Positions 39,805 to 50,874 of a stretch of DNA of 64,000 bases are shown in pieces. The DNA is from Mobula hypostoma (lineage: Eukaryota). The stretch lies in contig NC_086097.1 of assembly GCF_963921235.1 (NCBI RefSeq), positions 145,454,001 through 145,518,000 on the forward strand, in the 5' to 3' direction. The first letter of the stretch is position 1. The number at the start of each line of letters is the position of its first letter. The position numbers and the translations under genes are program-made. The notes beneath the pieces were generated by a model. It was not told the origin of the DNA, did no database searches, and saw nothing but the letters and a program-made list of their open reading frames with translations.

Positions 39805-40305
39805 GAGGCCCTCCACTGGTCAGGGTTGACCATAGATGTTCTGTTTCAGCTGTCTACGTGATATGCAATCCAGGGCAGTGTGATAAGGAGAGCGAGCTGT
39901 CACCCATGTAGCAGGCTTCCTCTTTCCACACAGTTGATGAATCAAAAGGAACAGTAGAGACCAAAACAGTTTGGCACCAGCCGGATCGCAGGAGTTGCCA
40001 GTCCTTGGGGTTTACTCCTGAAGCCTTCCCCATGAGTGGGTGTAGTGCAAGGCAGCGGGGGTTTGAGATCAGCTTTTTCCTTCTAGATGAGTTGCCTAAC
40101 ATGGCTCACCAGTCCCATCTGCCCTAAGTGACTGGTTTTAAGGTTTCTGTAACCTGCCTTTGCCCCTTCATCTGGGCATAGTAGCTGAGCCACACGTGAA
40201 AGCCAAGAGTTGGGCTTGGTTGTCAGAGGCTACACACACCACTGGGAGCGTTTAGTAAGGAGCTGGTCTTATCTGCATTATTCCCCAGCTGAAACAACAT
40301 TAAGG
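39805..40305 (-). mobile_element. Non-coding retroelement, probably RTE-derived, sharing its 3' part with the SINE at 32358
   Basis: Reverse complement ggtgccaaactgt...gtggaaagaggaagcctgctacatgggtgacag...atctatggtc resembles 32489-32645. The RTE assignment is inference. Confidence 0.45.
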
Positions 40306-40384
40306 AACTGGCTTTGAGTACACTTTAGCATTTTCTGTATTATTGCTTGTCAGATCTTATGATGGAAAGGTGATCATCAATGAA

Positions 40385-40980
40385 TCAAGAACGCAGGTAC
40401 TGGAGGAAAATATGCTGAGAAACTGCAGGATCTGGAAGCAAAAGGATATATAGTCAACCTTTCATGTTGAGACCCTGCATCAAGACTGTGAATGTAGAGG
40501 GAAATTGATGTTTTGGGTGCAGTTGTTGGTAGCTGACCTTGACCTTATCCAGGATTACAGAAGACCAAGTTCAAGTTGTAAGAACAACATCTTGTATTCT
40601 GTTGGGAGCTTGGATTTGAACATTGAATTTTCTGGTTTCAGGTGATACATATCGTCTGTTCTCCTCCCACTTGTATTTCACATTCTTCTGTTTACCTAAT
40701 TTTCATCCCACTTTTTTCACCTTTCCCATTCTCTTTCTTTCCTACCACCCCCCAACACTTGCTTCCATCTGCCCATCATGTCCTTCCACCTATCACCTGC
40801 CAACCTCTGCCCTATGTCGCCCTCACCTGATTCCACCTGTCATCTGCTTGGTCTCTTCTATCTGGCCTTGAATTGTGACATGCTGACAATCTGTCCTGAT
40901 GCTGTTTCTTGGCCTGAAGTGTTGACATTCATGTTTTGGCTTCACAGCTGCTTCACTGAGTTCTTCCAGAATTCTGTTTT
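40385..40980. mobile_element. Old, degenerate Penelope-like insertion with inverted arms
   Basis: Eroded hammerhead-like segments at ~40452-40488(-) and ~40893-40927(+). gaacaacatcttgtattctg remnant of the GIY-YIG C-terminus. Confidence 0.55.
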
Positions 40981-42639
40981 ATTACTAAATTGTTGGATCA
41001 ATGAGTTACTCCTGCAGCTATGTCCTGTGGCTAGGATGATCAAACTCCCAACAAGTACAACCATCTTTTTCTCTGAGAAGACTGAGTCTAGCCATTGGAG
41101 TTTGTTTCCCATGATACTAAGCGATTGAATGTTTAACCAGGCTTTGTTGATGTATTTGTTTTCTACTGCAATGATGTCAAGGATAATCATTCATATCTTA
41201 CTTCCAGTATTTATCTCTTTGGTCTCTTTGAACAGAGGCTGTGCTGAGGAAGCAGCTCTGGAAAAATTCAAATTGGACATCAGTTTGGAATAAATGCCAT
41301 TTGATAGTGTTAGGGACATCTTATTTTCCTTTGTTGTTGATCGAGAGTAGATTGATCGGATGATAATCAGCAAGATTCTATATTCTATAACTTTCTGCTG
41401 CTCAGATCCATGTAGTCCTTTGTTCCAGCTCCAGCATCTTGGCAGTCCCATCAGAGTGATCATGAATAGTGATTTTCAATTAAAAGTGGGAAACAATTAA
41501 CAATGCAGAACTCAGTGCTATAGTTACAGAGAAAACACAGAGCAGGCAGACATTTAAGTACAAGGGTATAACGAGGTAGACTGTGAGGTCAAGAGTCCCA
41601 TTTTAGTGGACCATTGATTAGTCTCACCTGGTCTCCTGAGCTTGGTGGTGTGTGCTTTCAGGCTTTTTTTTTTAAGTCTTCTGCCCTTCAGGGCAGGTGA
41701 AGAAGAGGGAATATCTGGAGCTTGTATGGTCCTTGATTATGTTGGCTGCTCTACCGAGGCAGTGAGAAGTGTAGACAGAGTCCATGGAGGGGAGGCTGGT
41801 CTCTATGATGTGCTGAGCCGTGTCCACGGCTCAGTGTAGTGTTTTGTGGTCTTCTGCGGAGCAGTTACCATACCAACCAGTGATGCATCCAGATAGGATG
41901 TTTTCTGTGTTGTATTGATAAATTGCTGGGAAGTACTAGCATGGATTTTGGAAGGAGGTCTTCCTATTGTTCACATAGAGGATATTTTGCTTCTCCATGA
42001 CTAGTACAAACTAGATTAAGGAAGAGTTACAGCTTGCAAATACAAATATTAACATATATTAGAAACTGTTGATCATGCTTTCATGGACTCCGGTGCACAT
42101 GAGATAAATAATGGTGTAAGGCATGATTTTTGAGCTTTCTGAAAATGTGATAAAGAGCATGGAAGTCATTGGTTGAGATGCCTGACTGATTAGTTGATTA
42201 CGAATAGGGACAAGTTAAGGCAGTATGATAGATTTGGGCATCAGATAAATGTATTACAGATGATGGTGATAATGAATATCACAGAGTATGATAATTTGGT
42301 CACAGCCAATATTAATTGTTGCATTGAGGGGATTGAAATGGAATTGGAATAGAAATAAGAAAGAAAGATTTGTGATTGATTAGGAGTTTGCAAGGATTGC
42401 ATAATCAAGAAAAGAATTTTAAACAGAAGTGGATGACAGTGGTTTTCTGAAGTTCCAGAATGTCTGTTGGTCTGCACGTGAGGACAAGAAGGGAAATTAC
42501 ATGTACTGCAATGAAAGCATAAATGCTGGAGACAAAGCAGGTCAGGCAGCATCTGTGGAATGAGTTAACATCTCACCTGCCAAGCCGAGTAATCTACCTG
42601 GTCAGGAAGGATGTCATCCCACAAGAGTAAGAACTACTC

Positions 42640-43495
42640 ACACCAGTGCCTTATAAAGCTGCATCATTACTTCCATGCTTTTATATTTTAGCCTTCTCGA
42701 AATTAATGCTAACATTGCATTTGCCTTCTTTACCATCAACTCATCCTGCAAGTTAACCTTTAGTGAATCCTGCACGAGGACTTGGATTTTTGAATTTTCT
42801 CCTCGTTTAGAAAATAGTTTGTGCTTTTATTCCTTTTACCAAAGTGCATGACCATACACTTCTTGACACTGTCTTCCATCTGCCATATCCTTGCCCATTC
42901 TCCAAATCTGTCTAAGTACTTGTGCAGCCTCCCTTGTATCTTCGCATGGTCTACAAACTTGGCCACAGAGCCATTAATTCTGTCATCCATCTCATTGACA
43001 TATAACTTAAAAAGAAGTGGTCCTAACACCAACACCTGCGGAACACCACTAGTCACCGGCACTAACGGATAAGACTCCCTTTATTCTCGCTCTTTGCCTC
43101 CTGACAGGCAACCAATGCTCTATCCATACAAGTATCTTGTAATATCATGGGCTCTTATCTTGTTAAGCAGCTTCATGTGCAGCACACTTTAAATACCTGT
43201 GAAAACCTTTGGTATCCTCTTTGATATTATTGGCCAGCTTAGTTTCATATTTCATCTTTTTTCTCCTTGTGGCTTTTTTAGTTGCCTTCTGTTTTTTATA
43301 AGTTTCCCAATCGTCTGACTTCCCACTAATTTTTGCTCTATCATATGCCCTGTCTTTTGCTTTTTACGTAGGCCTTGACTTCCCATATCACCCATGGTTC
43401 CATCATTCTGCCTCGGGAATACTTCTTCTTTGGGATGTACCTATCCTGTGCCTACTGAATCACTCCCAGAAACTCTGAGCCATTGCTGCTCTGGA
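42640..43495 (-). mobile_element. CR1 LINE internal fragment
   Basis: [31 protein letters not shown]. Confidence 0.8.
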
Positions 43496-44334
43496 GCAAT
43501 ATGTTACTTATTTCAATTGAGATGTATTTTTTTTAGTTGGAGTTTATAGCTAAGCAGGGAAGAGTGTTGTGTATTCAATATTTCAGTAATTGAGTAATAA
43601 TGTAAATCTTTTTGATTAAGCATTCTTTACATAATTCATTTCAGAGTTATATGTAACAAGTATATGAATGGCATGCAATATTACGCCATCACGTCGTACG
43701 TGCGTGCCTCACTAAAGTAAAACAAAGAATACACATCTTGCCAGCTCCCGTGGTTTTCTTCTGATTAGTTTTTGGAGTTACAAAACACAGCACAAGTTGT
43801 GTGCTGGGCAGTTCCTTGAACACATTTCATGAATTTCTCACACCTCTGCTTCTCCCCATCAACTAAAGAGGCCAAGGATAGACAATCCCTAGTTCTTATA
43901 ATATCCCATTGTCTGCATTCAACAAACTATTCTTTGTAATGTGTGCCAGATATAAAATTATTCTACCACCAAATGCATTTCCCCTCCCTTTTCCTTTAAC
44001 AATTTTCAAACGTAAAGCATCGAACAGTACAGGCTGTTCTGACCATGATGTTGTGCTTTTAACCTTCTCCAAGATCAATCTAGCCCTTCCCCCCTGTAGA
44101 GCCCCTCATTATAACACACAATTCTTACAATTTATCACATTAATCCATATTATTTCAATCTCACAGCAATGAAGCTGATCGTTGTGCAATATTCACGTGT
44201 CTGCCCATCCCTATCAGGTGTGCATTGTGAACCAAACAGCTTCTGAAATATGCAGAAATCAGTTCTCAACAGCAATCAGAACTGCATAGTGAATCCTTAA
44301 TTACTGCTCCAGATTCCAGCACTTGCAGTCTCTT

Positions 44335-44475
44335 ATAGTCGTTTTGATGAGGGGTCTCTGCCCAAAACATTGACTGTTTACTCTTTTCCATAGATGCTGC
44401 CTGGCTTGCTGAGTTCCTCCAGCAGTATGCGTGTGTGCCTTTGGATTTCCAACATCTGCAGAATTTCTCATATCT
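44335..44475 (+). mobile_element. Single Penelope terminal arm
   Basis: ttgatgaggggtctctgcccaaaacattgactg...gatgctgcctggcttgctgagttcctccagca...tttccaacatctgcagaa. Confidence 0.7.
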
Positions 44476-45151
44476 GTAGTCTCTTGCCTCAGTATTTTTT
44501 TCAAAAATATGGATGCTATGAAACTCATCTCAGTACACTTCTGTCAGAAGCAGGAGAGAACTGAAAATAAAGGTTCCTAGCCAGTGAAGAGAAGTCCAAG
44601 TAAATTACCAAACAGGCTTAACCCTTGCGGTCCTTAAGCAATAGTGTTTCCATTCCCACAACAACATATTTCCAAAAAAACGTGGACACTTCAATCTGCC
44701 ATGTGCTGCAAGTTGAGCCCCAGCCATTCCGGAGGAGCAGGTTTCAGAATTGGATAAGGGAGGCGCGATTTTATTGTTTTTATCTGTTGCTCGCCGTAAT
44801 AAAAACATAAAAGGAGAGTTCAGAATCGGAACCAGGTTTATTATCACTGAAATGCATGTTATGAAATTGGTTATTTTGCAGCAGCATTATAGTGCAAGGG
44901 ATAAAAATTACTACAAGTTATAAAAGTAAAAAGTGCAAAGTAAATTATTGTCAAAGTACATGTTGGTTGGTCACCATATACAACCCTGAGATTTGTCTTC
45001 TTGTGGTCATACACAGTAAATCCAAGAAACAATAGAATCAATCAAAGATCCCACACAACAGAACAATCAATGTGCAAAAGTCAACAAACTATGTAGAAGC
45101 AAAAGAAAAAAATAAATAACTAGGCAATAAATGTGAGATGAAGAGTCCTTG

Positions 45152-45607
45152 AACATAAGAACATAAAAAATAGGAGCAGTAGTAGGCTATCTGGCCTGTC
45201 AAGGCTGCTCCATCATTCAATAAGATCATGGCTAATCTGGCCATAGAGTCATCTTCACCTACCTGCCTTTTCCTCATAACCCTTAATTCTCCTACTGTGC
45301 AAACATCTAACCAACCTTGTCTTAAATATATTTACTGAGGTAGCCTCCACTGTTTCATTGGGCGGAGAACTCCACAGATTCACCACTCTCTGGGAATAGC
45401 AGCTCCTCCTCATCTCTATCCTAAATCTATTCCCCTGTGAATCTTGAGGCTATGTCCCTTAGTTCTAGTCTCACCTACCAGTGGAAACAACTTTCCTGCC
45501 TCTAACTTATTTATCCCTTTCATAATTTTACATATTTCTATGAGATCTTCTCTCATTCTTCTGTATTCCAGTGAGTACAGTCCCAGGTGACTCAATCCCT
45601 CCTCATA
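45152..45607 (-). mobile_element. CR1 3' fragment, apparently within a Rex element
   Basis: (aacataag)n tail; reverse-complement homolog of 6480-6940. Confidence 0.8.
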
Positions 45608-46150
45608 ACTGAATTGGTGCTGTGCTTAGCCACACAGTCTTAAGTGTAAAGCAAGTAGAGCAGGGAGCTAAGCACACAGCTTTGTGGTGCACCTGTGCTG
45701 ATGGAGATTGTTAAGGAGATGTTGTTGCCATGGAACTGAATGGAGTCTGCAAGTGAGGAGATTGAGGATTAATTGCACAGCGGGGTATTGAGGACAAGCT
45801 GTTGAGGGAATGGTAGCATTGAATGCTGAGCTGTGATAAAGAACATTGTGATTGTGATTTATGCATCTTTGCTGTCCAGATGTTCCAGGGTTGAGTAAAG
45901 AGCCAATGAAATGGCATCTGCTGTGCACCTGAAGTACTGTTAGATAAAATGAACTGGATTCAAATCACCTCTCAGACAGGAGTTCATAGGTTTCATCACC
46001 AGCCTATCAAAACACTTCATCACATTGGATGTAAGTGTTACCGGACGATGATCATTGAGGCAGGTTACCATGTTCTTCGGCACCGGTGTAATTGAAGCCT
46101 GCTTGAAGAAGGTGGGTTCCTCTCACTGCCGAAGCCAAAGGTTAAAGATG
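45608..46150 (-). mobile_element. Rex1/Babar RT fragment
   Basis: Similar to 18190-18670 (SSAFN, TGAPQSCVLSSLL region). Confidence 0.65.
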
Positions 46151-46792
46151 AATAACAAAGTAGTGTTCATGGCTTGTTGGGAATTCTGATGGCAAAGAGA
46201 AGAAGCTGGTCTTAAAACACTGAGTATGGATCTTCAAGCTCCAGTAACATGAAGAAGGCCTGTCCTGGGTAAGAAGGGTCTTTAAAGATGGATGCCACAA
46301 TCTAAAGGCACTTCCTCTTAAAGATATCCTTAATGGAAAGGTGAATTGTGCTTATTATGGAACTGGCTGAGACTACAACTTGCTCAATTCTCTTGCAGTC
46401 CTGTGCATTGCAGGCTTCATTACCAGGCATTGATGCAACCAATCAGAATGCTCTTCACAGTACATCTATAGAAATTTGTACTGTACTTTAAATTACCAAA
46501 TAATCTCTTCAAACTCCTAATGAAGTGGAGCCGCTGATGTGCCTTTGTGCTTTCTGCTCATGGAGAGGACAAGAATTTTCTGGCAGGCAGCTTAGCCAGA
46601 TGCATTTGTCCAGATTGCAGGCATCTCCAAGGGCCAAGTAATAATGGACTCAGGTGAGGTGCTATGAACTTTGCAAGTCAACCCTGAACTTCTCACAAAC
46701 AAACATGGATATCCTAACTTGAACGTATAAGTAACACACATCAAAGTTGCTGGTGAACGCAGCAGGCCAGGCAGCATCTGTAGGAAGAGGTA

Positions 46793-46834
46793 CAGTCGAT
46801 GTTTCAGGCCGAGACCCTTCGTCAGGACTAACTG
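46793..46834 (-). ncRNA. Minimal hammerhead ribozyme motif (AUC triplet variant)
   Basis: Reverse complement reads agtc-CTGACGA-agggtctcggcct-GAAAC-ATC-gact. Confidence 0.55.
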
Positions 46835-48316
46835 AAGGAAGAGTGAGTAAGGGATTTGAAAGTTGGAGGGGGAGGGGGAGATCCAAAATGATAGGAGAAG
46901 ACAGGAGGGGGAGGGATAGAGCCAAGAGCTGGACAGGTGATAGGCAAAAGGGATACGAGAGGATCATGGGACAGGAGGACAGGAGGTCCGGGAAGAAAGA
47001 CGGGGGGGGGGGACCCAGAGGATGGGCAAGAGGTATATTCAGAGGGACAGAGGGAGAAAAAGGAGAGTGAGAGAAAGAATGTGTGCGTAAAAATAAGTAA
47101 CAGATGGGGTACGAGGGGGAGGTGGGGCCTTAGCGGAAGTTAGAGAAGTCGATGTTCACGCCATCAGGTTGGAGGCTACCCAGACGGAATATAAGGTGTT
47201 GTTCCTCCAACCTGAGGTTGTAGGTGAGGACCGGGGAACCCTATTCCTAGTGGGGTGGCGGGAGGATGGAGTGAGAGCAGATGTACGTGAAATGGGGGAG
47301 ATGCGTTTAAGAGCAGAGTTGATAGTGGAGAAAGGGAAGCCCCTTTCTTTAAAAAAGGAAATAAAAAGAGATTATTCACCTACACCCCACCAGCCTCCGG
47401 GTCCAACATATTATTTCACCTACCACCCCGCCAGCCTCCGGGTCCAACATATTATTCTCCGTAACTTCCGCCACCTCCAACGGGATCCCACCACTAAGCA
47501 CATCTTTCCCTCCCCCCCTCTCTCTGCATCCCGCAGGGATCGCTCCCTACACAACTCCCTTGTCCGTTCGTCCCCCCCATCCCTCCCCACTGATCTCCCT
47601 GCTGGCACTTATCCATGTAAGCGGAACAAGTGCTACACATGCCCTTATACTTCCTCCCTTACCACCATTCAGGGCCCCAAACAGTCCTTCCAGGTGAGGC
47701 AACACTTCACCTGTGAGTCGACTGGGGTGATATACTGCGTCCGGTGCTCCCGATGTGGCCTTTTATATATTGGCGCGACCCGACGCAGACTGGGAGACCG
47801 CTTTGCTGAACATCTACACTCTGTCCGCCAGAGAAAGCAGGATCTCCCAGTGGCCACACATTTTAATTCCACATCCCATTCCCATTCTGACATGTCTATC
47901 CACAGCCTCCTCTACTGTAAAGATGAAGCCACACTCAGGTTGGAGGAACAACACCTTATATTCCGTCTGGGTAGCCTCCAACCTGATGGCGTGAACATCG
48001 ACTTCTCTAACTTCCGCTAAGGCCCCACCTCCCCCTCGTACCCCATCTGCTACTTATTTTTACGCACACAATCTTTCTCTCACTCTCCTTTTTCTCCCTC
48101 TGTCCCTCTGAATATACCTCTTGCCCATCCTCTGGGTCACCCCCCCCCCTTGTCTTTCTTCCCGGACCTCCTGTCCCATGATCTTCTCGTATCCCCTTTT
48201 GCCTATCACCTGTCCAGCTCTCGGCTCTATCCCTCCCCCTCCTGTCTTCTCCTATCATTTTGCATCTCCCCCTCCCCCTCCAGCTTTCAAATCCCTTACT
48301 CACTCTTCCTTCAGTT

Positions 48317-48352
48317 AGTCCTGACGAAGGGTCTCGGCCTGAAACGTCGACT
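48317..48352 (+). ncRNA. Minimal type I hammerhead ribozyme motif, intact core
   Basis: agtc-CTGACGA-agggtctcggcct-GAAAC-GTC-gact. Stem I agtc/gact, stem II, palindromic ACGT stem III. Predicted cut after 48348. Confidence 0.75.
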
Positions 48353-49319
48353 GCAGCTCTTCCTACAGATGCTGCCTGGCCTGCTGCGTTCACCAGCAAC
48401 TTTGATGTGTGTTGCTTGAATTTCCAGCATCTGCAGAATTCCTGTTGTTTTTGAACGTATAAGTACTAGGTGATTTATCATCAGCATTTCATTTTGTTAT
48501 GTACTAGGCAAACTCATGATTCATGTTGTCAATTACAATTGCTTGAATGTAATTTTTCCACTCCTGGATGGCTCCCTGTAAAGTCAAAGCTACATTGCAA
48601 CTAGAAGTAAGGATAATCAATAAAAGGGTTTAAGTATATTTTTGTCCCTGTACTGGTCAGGAATGCTAAACAGGAATCTGCAGAGATCATTTCCCATTGC
48701 TTGGTCAGCTCTTGTATCTTTCATAATATTACCATTCCATGCTGCTACTCCACTAGTGACAACAGAATCAATATTTTCCATTTAAATTGTGCTGTCTAGC
48801 TAGCAATACATCTCAAAATATTTCACAGGAACATTGCCAAACAAAAAGTACATGGCACAGCCCATAAGGAGGTGTTGGGTCAGATGATTAAAAACCTGGC
48901 AAAAAAGATAGCTGTTAGAAATAGAGAGTGACTTACAGAGTTTGCCAACTTAGTAGCTGAAGGCATACAAGGAGAAATAACAGACAGGTAGTGATAATTC
49001 AGCATTTTAAGTTAAAGAAATAGCAGTGTTCGTTGATGATTGTGAAACTTATGTGATACTGAGGAAATATATTCCTGATTGCAACAAAACCCACACAGCA
49101 GTCCACAGAGGCTGATAAATGTTAGTGCTGCTTAGCACTGGTTGTTTTTAAGGAAAAGTCTTGACAAGCTATCTGTAACATCCAGTGGCATCTACCATCA
49201 CTCAATCAACGGTTGTCATCTTTCTGTTTGGCTACCGAACAAAGACTTAACTAGATTAGGAACATAACAACAGTTCTGAACTGTTTTTTGAATGCCTCAC
49301 CACAAACATTTGAACAGTA

Positions 49320-50845
49320 GTTTGAACGCATTTGAAATGCTCTTTATCCTCAGCACTGTTGTCCCACATGGCTGGGTCCTTAGCCCTTTGCCTTACTCAC
49401 TGTATGCTCACAACTGTCCTGCCAGATACTCCTCTAACTTCATTTGCAAGTTTGCAGATGACACCACAGTAATGGGTTAGATCTCATCAACAGAATACAG
49501 GAAGGAGATAGCATGGTGGCAACATCCTCTCCATCAATATCAGCAAAACAAAAGTACTAATCATTGACTTCAGGAAGCAGGATAGAGTACAAGCCCGTTT
49601 TGTATCAATAGTGCTGAGATAGAGATAAAGGACGTGGTTGTGAGCGTCAAATCCCTAGGAGTAAATATCACCAATTATTTGTTCTGGTCTGGCAATGCTG
49701 AAGCTATTGCCAAGAAAGCACATCAGTGCCTATTTCCACAGAAGGCTGAGGAAATTCAGTCCCAAATGACCTTCAACTAATTTTACAGATGCACCATATA
49801 AAACATCTGACCTGAATACATCATAAGCAACACACACAAAATGCTGGAGGAACTCAGCAGGCCAGGCAGCCTCAACGGAAAAGAATATAGTCAATGTTTC
49901 AGGCTGAGATCCTTCAGCAGAACTGGAGAGGAAAAAAAAGATGAGTAGATATGAGTGGGGGAAGAGGAGTGAGAAATACAAGGTGATTGGTGAAGAGATC
50001 CCACTTCTGGCGGACAGTGCGCAGGTGCTTGATGAAGCGGTCTCCCAGTCTACATCGGGTCTCACCGATATACAGAAGGCCACACTGGGAGCACCGGACA
50101 CAGTATACGAGGCCAACAGACTCGCAGGTGAAGTGTCACCTCAGCTAGAAGGACTGTTTGGGGCCGTGAATGGTAGTGAGGGAGGAGGTGGGGGCAGGTG
50201 TATCACTTGTTCTGCTTGGAAGGATAAGTGCCAGGAGGGAGATCAGTGGGGAGGGACAAATGGACAAAGGAGTCGCGTGGGAGTGATCCCTGTGGAAAGA
50301 GGAAAGTGGGGCGGGGGGCATGAGAAGGGAAAGGTGTGCTTGATGATGAGATCCTGTTGGAGATGGCAGAAGTTACGGAGAATTATGTGCTGGACGTGGA
50401 GGCTAGTGGGGTGCTAGATGAGGACAAGAGGCGCTCCAGTCCAGCTGAAGGGTCTCCACCCAAAACATCGACTGTACTCTTTTCCATAGATGCTGCCTGG
50501 CTTGCAGAGTACCTCCAGTATTTTGTGTGTGTTGCTTGGATTTCCAGCATCTGCATATTTTTTTTCTTATTTGTGATTGGATACATCATAACTTGGTATG
50601 GCAACAAAAAATTGCAGTGTTGTGAACACTGCTCAGTCTTTTACAAAAACCAGCCATTGACTTCATTGACTCTGTTTACATTTCCTGCTGCCTGGAAAGC
50701 AGCTCACATAATCAGTGATCCGTCCCACTGGTCATTTTCTCTTCTCCCCTCTTCCATCAGAGAGTTGATAGAAAAGCTTAAGAACACATACCACCTTGCT
50801 CAAAGATAGCTTCTGTCTCATTGTCATAAGACCCTTGAACCGACC
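49320..50845 (+). mobile_element. Rex1/Babar 3' fragment interrupted by a Penelope insertion
   Basis: VLSPLPYSLYAHNC, KFADDTTVMG; resumes after 50580 with ITWYG and SDPSH. Confidence 0.7.
49827..50580 (-). mobile_element. Penelope-like insertion with inverted arms
   Basis: TSD atacatcataa (49816-49826 and 50581-50591). Linker/GIY-YIG remnant on the minus strand. Degenerate hammerhead motifs at ~49888-49925(-) and ~50437-50474(+). Confidence 0.82.
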
Positions 50846-50874
50846 TTTTGTCTTATAAATGTAGCTTTGAGTTG

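Larger units (their letters stand above)
46734..48450 (+). mobile_element. Young Penelope-like insertion with GIY-YIG endonuclease region, ~480-bp inverted arms and perfect 15-bp TSD
   Basis: TSD ttgaacgtataagta (46719-46733 and 48451-48465). Open frame PCKRNKCYTC...CESTGVIYCVRCSRCGLLYIGATRRRLGDRFAEHL...LQPDGVNIDFSNFR*. Confidence 0.93.

Noticed and set aside
43565..43792. Short solo LTR (tgttgtgt...acacagca)
   Set aside because: The termini are suggestive but there is no matching TSD, so it is left uncalled. The same applies to ~22991-23232.
47169..48020. 283-aa ORF as a domesticated GIY-YIG gene
   Set aside because: It has a non-ATG start, its N-terminal part is antisense element sequence crossing the inversion junction, and it lies wholly inside a TSD-flanked insertion.
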